In this document: piece after piece, positions 52,452-64,000 of the stretch
How positions within the stretch are numbered: position 1 is the stretch's first letter
How the letters are laid out: each line of letters begins with the position of its first letter
Assembly (NCBI RefSeq): GCF_964194155.1
Contig: NC_135901.1
Span: 38,068,001-38,132,000 of the forward strand
Origin: Cetorhinus maximus
Lineage: Eukaryota
Reading direction: 5' to 3'
Length of the DNA stretch: 64,000 nucleotides
Made by a program: the position numbers and the translations under genes
Notes under the pieces: model-generated
What the model saw: only the letters and a program-made list of their open reading frames with translations
Database searches by the model: none
Told to the model about the DNA's origin: nothing

Positions 52452-52630
52452 GGACTCTCAGTGTGAACAGGGTGGGATGTGTTTGGAGACAGGATGTCCC
52501 AGTTCTCCACACTGGGACTCTCAGTGTGAACAGGGTGGGATGTGTTTGGAGACAGGATGTCCCAGTTCTCCACCCTGGGATTCTCAGTGTGAACAGGGTG
52601 GGATGTGTTTGGAGACGGGATGTCCCAGTC
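52452..52630. repeat. 63-bp minisatellite, ~2.8 copies
   Basis: Unit GGACTCTCAGTGTGAACAGGGTGGGATGTGTTTGGAGACAGGATGTCCCAGTTCTCCACACTG. Confidence 0.92.
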
Positions 52631-54284
52631 CTGCTGCTGTACTCATTGTATGGTGTATATTTTATTTTACTGTAACTTATAAAATGTTCATATTCGGCTG
52701 TGTTGAATTCAATCTGACATCTACCTGCCCCATTTACTAACCTGTGTGTTCACACTGAATCACTCACAGTCCTATTCACAATTCCCCACACTCCCTATTT
52801 TCCTTCACCTTTGGTGTAGTTCAATGGAATCTATCAACCTGGTATCACTGTCCATTCTCGTGAACGGAAAGTGCAGTGAGGCTCTTAACTTGGTAGCTTC
52901 TGGAGATATTTGTATCCTTGTCTATGAACTGTTTTAGTGGATGCATTTGATAGTCTGGCAACTACCGCAGACCAATGCAGTGGGAAAAATGTAAAGATAT
53001 TTTGGAAAATAACCAATATGATCTTTTGATAAGATCACCTGAAAGTCGAAGGACAGCTTTTATCAGATAGAGTGTGTGCCATGATATTGGCGTACTGGTG
53101 TGAGTATGCAGATTTGTCATGTGTGAAATAATTAACACGTGGAAATGCATGTTGAACCTGCAGTAAAGAATGGGTCCCAAACATGCTCAGCTATTCAACA
53201 ACAGAACAGCGTTAAGTGATTATTGCGGGCAGCAGAGTGAGTCAGCATTTCTAAATCATTAAGGTATTGACACATAGACTGTGGAGAAACTGACTTTAAA
53301 ACAATCGAGATAGAATTAAACACACTGGCAATTGTCAGAAGGAGCAACATTAAAGTAAAGGGGATTTGGATGGGGTTGGTTGGAGGCCAAGGAGAAATAA
53401 TACTTCATAAGAATTATCCACAAGATGGATGCAGGTGAAGGGAAATCTGGAGAATCTTTTAAGTCCATGCAGGATCTGTTGCTTTAATAATTTAGAATCA
53501 GGAACACTGCTGCAAAAGGATAAGGAATATGATTGAAAGAGGTGATCTGCATGTGAGGAATGCCAATTCAAGTTGATGGCGATCAGATTATTCTGGTAAC
53601 TTTATTGTGTTACCTACGATATATCAACAAGAAATGAGGAAAACAAGCTTGTAGCTTACAAAATAGCGAGATTAGTCAGAAATCAGTTGTGAAAACTCAG
53701 TCAGGATTTTTCCTCACTCAAGCTGGGGAGATCTGTAAGAAAATTGCTCTATAATGATGTCTAAAATCTTAAGATCTCGTTAATATTCAATATATTCCTT
53801 TTGAAGAAAATTCCAACAGCAGTTTACAGATTGAAAAACACAGGACAGGCCAAGCACATGTCTCCAGCTCAGACATTCCTGAGAGAATCTCATGACCCAC
53901 ACGTAAACCAACCATCTGAGAACAAGTTAAAAACAGGCTCTCAAAGAGGAAAACAATCACTTGGGACAGAAAAGAGATTTTTGAAGTGATCCACGTTGGA
54001 CAGCCTCCGTCAAACAGAAGGTGACTGGAGAAAAACTTCCCAACACTTCAGTTAAGAAGCAGAAGGGGCTGCCTCCCCAGCCATTGGCAACAGATCCCAA
54101 CATTCTGCCTGTGTCACCCATTTGTTCATCCTCTGGGAGCAGTAAACCGCTCTTACCTTCCAGGAGTCATGCGTTCTCTATCTGTTTAGTTTATGTATTA
54201 TATTTTAACTTTTTACCTCATGATCTACTTAAGAATAACAACATCAGAACCTCCCTTAGTGCATAATCTATGACTGCCAAACAT

Positions 54285-54606
54285 TGGACAGTGCAGAGAG
54301 AGATTTACTCTCTATCTAACTCGGTGCTGTACCTGCCCTGGGAGTGCTTTATAGGGACGGTGTAGAGGGAGCTTTACTCTGTATCTAACCCCTTGCTCTA
54401 CCTGTCCTGGGAGTGTTTGATGGGGACAGTGTAGAGGGAGCTTTACTCTGTATCGAACCCTGTGCTGTACCTGTCCTGTAGGTGTTTGAGGGGGACAGTA
54501 TAGATGGAGCTTTACTCTTTTACTAACCCCACATTGTTGCTGCCCTGGGGGTGTTTGATGGGGACAGTGTAGATTGTAGAGGGAGCTTTATCCTGTATCT
54601 AAACCA
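54285..54606. repeat. ~69-bp minisatellite, ~4.5 copies
   Basis: AGAGGGAGCTTTACTCTGTATCTAACCC..GTACCTG.CCTGGGAGTGTTTGATGGGGACAGTGT at 54364, 54433 and 54502. Recalled as widespread in shark genomes. Confidence 0.9.
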
Positions 54607-56119
54607 TGCAGGATTTGACTGGAGAATGATTTTAGCAGACACTCAATGCTCAGGATGCCCCATTCTCCAGAACTGACTTGTTTCACCTCTTGGAGAACAA
54701 TATTTAACCCAGAGATAAGAGAGGCCAGCAGTTTATCCCCCGCCCACAGCTCCAAGGTACAGTGAGTAATCTGAATATTGTTGTATTGTCTGCTCAATAT
54801 TTCACCCCTGGGCCTGAGCCTTTCAGTAATGATTTCAATTTGTTCTCCTCCAGTTACTGACTCATAATAATTTTTCCTCATTTCCCTGATGGGACTTTGA
54901 ACTCCTCCCTCAGATCTCCAATGACCCTTTGTTCTCATGAAAAGTTCCCCAGTTTCTGGAATCTCTCCTGATAATTAAAGCCTCTCTTCCCTGGATTCAT
55001 CTCAGTGAATCTCCTCTGCACTCTCACCATGGCCTTGACATCCTTCCTGGGGTAAAATCCTCATAACTTGACCTAATATTCTATCTGCAGCTGAACCGAT
55101 GATTTGTACAGGTTTACATGACCTTTGTCCTTTTGTACTCTACACCCTGAATTGTAAAACCTAGGATCCCATGTGTTTCTTAAACACTTAATAACTCCCC
55201 CTCTCTCCCATTTTTAAAGGTCTGTGTCTCTGAATACCTTTTGAGTGTTTGAGATTGACAAAAGATGGCTAAATATACATTGAGGTGAAATGCCTGATAT
55301 AATGTGTATTATGCGATAGAGAAGTTCAGCCTGAGTTACAAACTCAAACAGGCTCTTCACTGCAGACAGGTCACCATGGTAACACTGATAAGACATTCCA
55401 TTGTACAGAATCAGCTCATTAGAAACTCGAATCAGATCAGGGAAAAGGACAGAGTTTGTCTGTTATTAACCACATTATAAATTGAAACCAGGGTGAGGAA
55501 TACAATAGATCAGATTATAATGTGTGATGTATATGCCTATAATTGCAAAACTATCAGAAATAACAGAATTAACAGTGGGCAGGGAAGTTTAGGGAGAATG
55601 AGAAAATTCCTGAAGAAAAGTAACTGCTGGGAACCAGGGAATGTGTCTTTGTAAATCACAGATTAGAGAAATTCCAGCTGTCTTTTCCCCACTTCCTGCC
55701 AAAACCCAGCAGAGAAAACAAAGAAGAGTCAGGGGCCAGAGCTGGATCACTACAGGGAATAAAAGTGAGGGGATACTGATGTAAGGGGGCAGTCGGGACT
55801 GGAATCACTAGAGCGTTGACCTCATGTAAGTGACTGTGGACATAAGGGACTTGCATGTTTGCTCTGATTGATGGATCAATATAAGATAAGATAGAGGACA
55901 GGGAATCTGATCAGTTTATATTTCTTATAAAGTTTTAAAGCAGACTCTCGAACTTTCTAATGAATAAGGCAAGGTGTTTGGTCGAATCTTCCATCTCTTT
56001 ACTGTTCTCTTACTCTGCGCCATCTAAATCTTTCCCACTTTTTATCTTTAATAACTTATGAAATTCATCACCCCATGTTTTTGTTTAATTTCATCTGATA
56101 TCTACCTGTCCCATTAGAA

Positions 56120-56725
56120 TTATGGAATGCTGACATCACAGGAGGCCATTCAGCCCATGTGTCTTTGCCAGCTCTCTGCAAGAATAATTTACCCAGTGCC
56201 TTTTCCCGTAACCCTGAAACCATTCCCTCTTCAGATAATGATCCACCTCTGATCTGAAAGTCCTGATTAGGTCAGTCTCTGTAACACTCTCAGACAGTGC
56301 ATTCCAGATCCAAACCACTCACTGTGTAAAAAAACATTTCCTCATGTCATCATCGTTTGTTTTCCCAATTAGGTTGAACCTGTGCCCTCTTGTTCTCGAT
56401 CCTTCCACAAATGGGAACAGTTTCCTCCTATTGACTCTGTCCAGACCCCTCAACCTTCTCTTCTCCAGGGACAACAGTCCCAACTTCTCCAATCTATCCA
56501 CGTAAGTGCAGCTCCTCAAACCTGGAACTATTCTTGTGAATCTTATCTGGCGTCACATCCTTCCTAAAGTCTGGTGCCCAGAACTGGGCACAATACTCCA
56601 GTTGAGGTCAAACTGTTTTTTTTAATGTGTTTAACATAATTTCCTTATTTTTGCATACCATGCCTCTATTTATAAAGCCCAGAATACGATATGTTTTCTG
56701 AGACAATGTCTCAACCTGCCCTCAC
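56120..56725 (-). mobile_element. CR1 LINE 3' fragment
   Basis: YVDRLEKLGLLSLEKRRLRG..RTRGHRF and VWIWNAL peptides. Confidence 0.8.
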
Positions 56726-57744
56726 TGTATTTTGATTCAGGACTCCATGATTTTAACTCTACCCTGTAAATTGTGACAACATTCCTCCAATTAACAAATG
56801 GTGAACTGCAGGAGTCTCTGTTGGACAGAGCAGTTTCTGGGGTGTGGAGGATTGTGGGAAATGTGTCCACCATTAATCAGCAGCAAAGAGATGATGACAC
56901 CATCACTGACTGGAAATTCCACAGAGACATCACTCTACTCACTGGGTTTTTCCTCAAATGTGCGATTTTTGAAACCTCTGACTCCAGTGTTTCTGATATT
57001 TTTCCAGCTGCAGTCTCTAGCAGGAGATTTCATCATTGAAAAGTGAAATTGTTTCCGAGGTGACCATTTCACAGGGTGAAACATAACTTCACCACACGGA
57101 CTGCAGCGGTTCATGAAGGTCAAAAGTCATCTTCTCCACAGGCAGCTGGGGATTGACAATATTTGCTGGTCTTCTTCGTGAAAGGGCAGGGGTGGGACTG
57201 GCTCATTTGCTTTTGCAGAGAGCCAGCACAGGCAGGACGGGTGAATGGCCTCCACCTGTATTATAAACAGTCAATGGATTGGAGTGAAGGAGTTGGTTTG
57301 ACCCACAGCCTGAGTTACAACTTTAAGGACAGGAAGAGAGAGAATCTGGAGAGGAGAAAATAATTAGTAGGAGACAGGACACTGAATCTGGAACAATGAG
57401 CAGAGAGGGGGAGGAGTATGTGGGACAGGGATTTATAGATTTGGGGGAATGAAAGAGGAAACAATATTCCATAGGAACTAGAATTGTCTGTTCTGAATTT
57501 CTATCCTGTACTGACAGCGATGACTTTTGTAAACTGTGTTTACAGGGGATTAGAGGGAGAGGATTTTCAGATGGGAAACTCAAACCTAAAATCTCGACAA
57601 GATCTTATAGAAACACTGAATTCATAAATGACCAGCCTTTGACTATGGAAGGAGAAATGTTTGTCTGTTCTGCCTGTAGGGAAAATTCACATCATAATTT
57701 GACTGGAAACTCACCAAGACACATACACCCGAGTCAGAACATAT

Positions 57745-58875
57745 GTCGGGGTCAAACCTGACATCACTTGTGCAAAAAGTCTGGTTTAGTCTCAGACAGT
57801 TGCCAGGGAGAGGAATGGAGTTGGTATCCAGGGAATGAAAACAATGGCTTCGGTCTTCCCAATATTGAATTGGAGGAAATTTCTGCACATCCACCATTGA
57901 ATATCAGACAAACAGTCTGATAATTTAATAAAAGTGGAGAAGTCGAGAGAGGTGTTGGTGAGGTCAAGCTGGGCACTGTCAGTGTACACGTGATAACTGA
58001 CACTGTGTTTTCAGATGACGTCGCTGTGGGGAGTGTGTTGATGAGAAATAAGAGGCCAAGGCTGGATCCTTTGGGGACACCAGAGGTAACTGTGGGAGTG
58101 GGAAGGGAAGACATGACAAGCGATTCACTGACGATGGTTGGATAGAGAAGAATGGAACCAGGAGGGAGCAGCCCCACCCAGCTGGATGACAGTGGAGAGG
58201 TGTTGGAGCAGAATGGTGTGGTCAACCTTATCAAAGGCTGCAGACACATTGAGAAGGGATAGTTTACCTTTGTCCCAGTCACATAGGATGTCATTGGTGG
58301 CTTTGATCAGAGCTGTTTCAGTCCAGTGGCAGGGGCAGAAACCTGATTGGAGGGATTCAGACAGAGAGTTCTGGGAAAGATGGGCACAGAATTGGGAGAT
58401 GTGAACATGTTTGAGGAGTTTGGAGAGGAAAGGAAGGTTGGAGATGGGACAGCAGTTTGCAAGGACAAGGCCAAAGGTTTGTTTTTTGATGAGGGCTTGA
58501 TGATGTCAGATTTGAAGGAGAGAGGGACAGTAACAGAAGAGAGAAAACCATTAACAATCTCAGTGAACATGGGGAAGTTGGGTGACCAGCAGTTTAGTGG
58601 GAATAGGGTCAATGGAGCAGGAGGTGGGTCTCATGGACAAGATGAGCATGAAGGTGGCATGAGAGGAAATGGGAGCGAAACTAAAGAAAGATGTGGGTTC
58701 AGGGCTCAGACAAAGGGAAACTTTGCAGACAGTTTGTCCCGGTGGGTTAGTGGAAGGGAGGGAAGCAGCAGAGGCAGCTGATCGGATTGTCTCAATCTTA
58801 GTGACAAAGAAGCTCCATGAGCTCCTCACACTTGTTGTTGGAGGTGAGGATGGAGGAGACAGGGGAGAGGGAGAG
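57745..58875 (-). mobile_element. L2 RT fragment downstream of ZNF-F
   Basis: Inverted paralog of 37030-38088. Confidence 0.8.
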
Positions 58876-59046
58876 CCCTTCAAAAGGAACTAACTTGTAT
58901 GTTTATCACAGAGCTGATTTATTTGACTTTATTCAGAATATTAACAGCTCTAACTGGGTTGGAGTTTATTAACATTGGTAGAAACAAACTCCAATCAACA
59001 TGGTTCAGTCCAGGATGCAATTAACAGCAAAATCCATTCACTGTTA

Positions 59047-59832
59047 TCACTTGTGAATTTGCTGGTGTCTCAGCAGGTGGGATAACTGAGTAAATCCCTT
59101 CTCACACTCGGAGCAGGTGAACGGTCTTTCTCCAGTGTGAACTCGCTTATGTGTCAACAGTTTGGGTAACTGAGTGAATCCCTTCCCGCACGTGGGGCAG
59201 GTGAACAGCCTCTCCCCAGTGTGAATGCGCTGGTGTACTGTGAGTTGAGATGACCACCTGAACCCAGTCCCACAGTGAGAGCACCTGAACGGTCTCTCGT
59301 TAGTGTGAACACATCGACGGGACATCAGTTCCCCGGAGCTTTTATAGCACTTCCTGCAGTCTGAGCATTTGAACGGTATCTCCCCAGTGTGAATTCGCTG
59401 GTGTACCAGCAGGTCAGATGTCTGAGTGAATCCTTTCCCACACGTGGAGCAGGTGAACGATCTCTCCACAGTGTGAAGTCGCTCATGTTTCAGCAAGTTG
59501 AATGGCTGAGTGAATCCCTTCCCACACACGGAGCAGGTAAATGGTTTCTCCCCAGTGTGAACTCGCTGGTGTGTCAGCAGATGGGATGAACAAGTGAATC
59601 CTTTCCCACACGTGGAGCAGGTGAATGGTCTCTCTCCGGTGTGACTATGCCGATGAGTTTCCAGTTCAGACGGGTAATTGAATCCCTTCCCACAGTCCCC
59701 ACATTTCCATGGTTTCTCCCTGTTGTCCCTGCATTTATGTTTTGACAGAGCAGATGATCGGCTGAAGCCTCGTCCACACACACAACACGTGTACGGTTTC
59801 TCCCCACTGTGAACGGTGCTTTTTCCTTCCAT
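59047..59832 (-). CDS. C2H2 zinc-finger protein ZNF-F, 261 aa, 9 fingers (7 canonical), no KRAB/SCAN/BTB domain visible
   Basis: Uninterrupted ORF from ATG 59832 with TGEKP/TGERP linkers. Intact acceptor at 59942-59943; AATAAA at ~58917-58922 on the minus strand. Confidence 0.88.
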   Translation of the reverse strand: MEGKSTVHSGEKPYTCCVCGRGFSRSSALSKHKCRDNREKPWKCGDCGKGFNYPSELETHRHSHTGERPFTCSTCGKGFTCSSHLLTHQRVHTGEKPFTCSVCGKGFTQPFNLLKHERLHTVERSFTCSTCGKGFTQTSDLLVHQRIHTGEIPFKCSDCRKCYKSSGELMSRRCVHTNERPFRCSHCGTGFRWSSQLTVHQRIHTGERLFTCPTCGKGFTQLPKLLTHKRVHTGERPFTCSECEKGFTQLSHLLRHQQIHK

Positions 59833-62000
59833 GTTCAAAGTCCAATGATATTCAGGTTATGATAAATTGGGCGACTCTGTCAGATCCTGATGTGATGTTT
59901 GGTTTGAGTTTCCCGACTGCAAATCCTCCCCTTCTAACACCCTGTGGAATTGATTTAAAACAGAAAAAATGGAGTGAGAGAGAACCCACAAAAACACAAA
60001 GGCAGGTTGCGAAATTGAGCTGAATGAATCTGGGAATTTGTGGGGCCGGCACGAGGAAAAAGTGACCATGAAAATTGCTGGATTGTCATAAAAACCCAAC
60101 TGGTTCACTAATGTCCTTCAGGGAAGGGAACCTGCCACCCGGTCTGGGCCTACACAAGACTCTGGTTTCAATAATAAAACAAGTGTCAGGGGCAGCAGGA
60201 GAGCACTTGGCCCTTCGAGCCTGCTCCGTCATTCAATACAATCGTGGCTGATCTTGGGCTTCAACTCCACTTTCCCACCCACTCCCCATATCCCTCGACT
60301 CTCTGTGACACCAAAAATCTCCCCATCTCAGCCTGAAATATATTCAATGATGAAGCATCCACAACCTTCTGGGCTGGAGAATTCTATGTGACTGAAGGAG
60401 AAAAGGAGAGAGAGAAAGTCAGAGAGAGGAGTGGGAGAGGCAGGGGGTGAGGAGAGGGCTTTTCATAGACCTACAAATAAACCAGAACTTTGACAGAATC
60501 TCCCAAACCTTCAACCTCTACCCCCGAGAAGGACCAGGGTAGCAGGTGTATGTGAACACCATCACCTCCAAGTTCCCCTCCAAGTCACACACCCTCCTGA
60601 CTTGTCTGACATCCAGTACTGGATGAACAGAAGTTTCCTCCATTTAAATATTGGGAAGATTGAAGCCATTGTCTTCAGTCCCCGCTATAAATGTCACTCC
60701 CTAGACACCGACTCCATCCCTCTCCCTGACAACTGTCTGGGACTGAACCAGACTGTTCACAACCATGGTGAAATATTTCACCCCAAGATGAGCTTTGAAG
60801 CACATATCCACATCATCACCAAGACTGCCTATTTCCACCTCAGTAACATCGCCCGACTCCACCCCTGATTTTCAAATTTCTGCATGGCTGCTCCCTGTTG
60901 CTGGAATCTCCTCCAGCATCACAACCCTCGGAGATATCTGCGCTCCTCTAATTTGGCCTACTGAGCGTTCCTGATTTCTATTGTTCCACATTCGTGCCCA
61001 TTCTGTCACTTTCCAAGGCTCCAAGCTCTGGAATTCACTCCCTAAACCTCTCCCATTCTCTACCTCATTTTCCTCCTTTAAGATACTCCGTAAAACCCAC
61101 TTCTTTGACCAAACGCTTGGTCACCTGCCCTAATATCTCCTCATGTGGCTCAGTGTCAAACCTTGCTTTGTAACATTTCTGTGAAATGCCTTGGAACATT
61201 GTCTTACATTAAAAGTACTTTATAAATACAAATTGTTGTTGTTGATTTGGACATATATCACTGTTCCTTCATCATCACTGGATGAATAACCTGTAACTCA
61301 GCATCGTGGGAGCATCTTCACCACACGGACTGCAGCGGTTCAAGGAGGTCAAACATCATCTTCCCCACAGGCAACTGGGGATTGGCAATATTTGCTGGTA
61401 TCTGTGGATAGTGAAACAGTTAATATTTCAGGGTTCGCAGAATGATTTACAGGGAGTAAAAATGCTGCAGAATTTGATGATCAATATAAGCTCAGAAGTG
61501 GAATAGAAATGGACTATAGCGCAGGAAAAACAATTCCTGACTATGAAAGATACTGTGGGAAGATAAAGCTGGTAAGACAGCAGCACATGGTCAGGGGATG
61601 GGCAGCAGTGGAAACCTCATTGAGACACAGTCAGCAGAAGTAACAATAAAATACTAAACATAACTCAAATAGATCCATTATTAGAGACAGAGGAAGTTAG
61701 ACAATGGCAGAGAGGTGACCAGGGAGGGCAGAGGTGAAACAGATCAATGGACGGACATGGATTCAGATCCTCAGTAAAGGAGTCACACGAGCCCCAGAGC
61801 CAGGGAACCTCTCACAGAAAACAGAGCACAGCACTAAAAGCTCTAAATTGTAGATGGATGGTGAAAAATACTCAACTCTGAACCAAATTCACCAATTTCA
61901 ACTTTAAAATCTCCTGCTGGAGCCTGCAGCTGGAAAGATATCAGAAGCACTGGAGTCAGAGAAAAATCTCCCAGTTGAGGAAATACCCAGGGATCGGGGT

Positions 62001-62070
62001 GATGTCACCGTGTAATTGTTGATGTGTGATGATGTCACAGTGTAATTGTTGATGTGTGATGATGTCACAG
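62001..62070. repeat. 30-bp tandem repeat, ~2.3 copies
   Basis: Unit GATGTCACAGTGTAATTGTTGATGTGTGAT. Confidence 0.85.
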
Positions 62071-62124
62071 ACACGGACACAGAACATCTGGGTCTGTGCA
62101 AACCGGTGATCACCACACATTATG

Positions 62125-62422
62125 AAGGATGTGAGGGTCCTTGAGAGGGGACAGAGGAGATTTATCAGAATGGGTCGAGGGATGAGGGATTTTAATTGTA
62201 AGATTAAATTCAAGAAACTGGCGTTGTTCTCCTCAGAGTAAAGGAGCTTGAGGGGAGATTTGATAGAGGTGTACAGGATTATGAAAGATAGTTAAATAAA
62301 AGCTGTTCCCAGTAGCTGATTATAAAAGGATTAAGGGACAGAGATTTATGATTTTAAGTAAGATCCACAATGTGAGGAAGAGATTTTTTACCCAGTAACT
62401 GAAAATGACCTGGAACTCAATG
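62125..62422 (+). mobile_element. CR1 RT C-terminal fragment
   Basis: Degenerate QRRF.RM...LFS.E.R.LRGDLIEVY.IM. Confidence 0.6.
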
Positions 62423-62749
62423 CTTACATTTGAAGGCTGGTGTTATTCAGGTCCTGGTGAATCAAGTGACTTTCAGATTTTGACGTGATGTTTGGTTTCA
62501 GTTCCTCATCTCCCTCAAATAGTCCTTGAGTTCCCCCTCCTCTTCTAACATCCTGTAAATGGAATTCAAAAAATCCATCACGGTCAATCCAGGATTGAAA
62601 TTCAGAAAGGACGAACATTTCTCTTGGTTTGAGTTTGCTGTGTGTAAATCCTCCCTTTCTAACCCCCTGTAAAAGGAGTTTCCAAAATCCATCCCTGTCA
62701 GTCCAAGATAGAAATTCACAAGATTCTCTCCTCCTGCTATCTGGACTAG

Positions 62750-63105
62750 GATGACCGCGCATGCGCCATGCTCCACATTGCCCCCTATAAAAATGGCGGC
62801 CGTTACCCTGGGCCTGGCGAGGGGAGAAATCCAGACTTTCTCTGCAAACACAAGACCAGTACCTTGTTATTTTGGGTCTGCGGCCTGCACTGTGTCTTCA
62901 TGAAGCCTCCCTGCCCACTCCGCTGGCTCCATTCCTCCTCACACACCCACTAACTCTGTTAGTTTGCTCCACTCGATATTCTCTCACCCGCTCTGAGCAG
63001 CTTCAGTCACAGACCAGCACTGCGCGTGCTCATGAAACAGACCGCAATGTGCATGCCCCACCACACACACACACACATGCGTGCACAGACGTGTGCATGC
63101 GCATG
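62750..63105 (-). promoter_or_regulatory. ZNF promoter, exon 1 and intronic YY1/NRF1 sites (upstream of ZNF-F)
   Basis: GCGCATGCGC (62757) and AAAATGGCGGC (62790). Reverse complement is homologous to 26265-26500. Confidence 0.6.
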
Positions 63106-63697
63106 GCTCTTCTGTTGTGAGGATAGGGCACGTTCTGCCCCGCAGCGAATGCTGGGTGGCCGCTCCACCATTGAAAGGTCATGTTGTCGAACAGAAAGCT
63201 ATGCCCTGTAATCAGAATACGATGGGTACCATAGGGGCAAGACATAAAATTGTTGAATCAATTGATGCAGTAGCTAAATTGCTCCGGGCTCCACCACAAT
63301 TCTCTCCTGGATGCAGAACAAACCCTGACAGTTAGATCTGAACTCAGTGGAGTTTCAGCAGATGGGGTGAGCTCGTGACTTTTCCCCCTATACATGGAAC
63401 ATTTAAACTGTGCCTTTCCAGCATTTCTGCTCTGATTGTGGATCAAAACCTTTGAACCTTTAAAATTGGAGTGTTAATGTGTGGGCAAACTGAATAAAGC
63501 CCTTTGCACACGTGAAGTATCTGAATGGTCTCCCACCAGCAAGACTGTGTTGCTGTGTCAGTAAATGAGATGAGAGTGAATCCCTTTCCAATTTTAGCTG
63601 CTGAACAACCTGTTTACAGTGTGAGTTTACCTACACATTTTCAGCTCAGACATGGATCTCGAAATCCACTGGTAATGGGTTCCACATTCTTAGCACT

Positions 63698-64000
63698 ACA
63701 TAAGAAAAATGAGCAGGAGTAGGCCATTCGGCCCCTCAAGCCTGCTCTGCCATTTAATAAGATCATGGCTAACCTCAGAGTAACCTGAAATCGGCACCCC
63801 ACCTATCCCTGATAACCTATCACCCCCTTGCTTCCCAAGCCTCTGCCTTAAAAATATTCAAAGACTTTGCTTCCACAGCCTTTTTAGGAGCAAAGTTCCA
63901 AAGTTTCACGGCACTCTGAAAGAAAAAAAAAATTGCCTCATCTCCGTTTTAAATGGGTGACCCCTTGTTTTTAAACAGCGATCCCGAATTCTAGATTCTC
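63698..64000 (-). mobile_element. CR1 LINE 3' fragment (paralog of 876-1250)
   Basis: Same tail and same flank as at 876. Confidence 0.75.

Noticed and set aside
53690-54260. Possible solo LTR (also 50219-50950)
   Set aside because: No TG..CA ends, TSD or second copy could be identified by eye.

Overview
This is eukaryotic, repeat-rich DNA, most likely from a cartilaginous fish (shark), inferred from the CR1/L2/RTE/Penelope families, SINE cores and a characteristic ~69-bp minisatellite. The left part (~1.6-25.8 kb) holds a near-complete Neptune-type Penelope-like retroelement (RT + GIY-YIG, one frameshift, 10-bp TSD) and a decaying tRNA cluster. The cluster has Lys-CTT, Glu-CTC, Ser-TGA, intron-containing Ile-TAT and Thr-TGT genes, plus more than a dozen pseudogenes or fragments, built from shuffled and partly inverted duplication modules. 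It also contains an old ~1.3-kb 27-bp tandem array. The right part (~26-64 kb) is a cluster of KRAB-less C2H2 zinc-finger genes: one intact 261-aa ORF, five disrupted paralogs and further exon remnants. Each is copied as a cassette of NRF1/YY1 promoter, non-coding exon, L2 and SINE intron, finger exon, polyA signal and L2. The main highlights are minimal hammerhead-ribozyme motifs in Penelope-derived termini (one with an intact core), a dispersed ~140-bp hammerhead-headed short element, a head-to-head palindrome of it, and arm-sized deletions in tRNA pseudogenes. Most short ORFs in the track are spurious or are TE fragments. All similarities were judged by eye and from memory; no searches were run.
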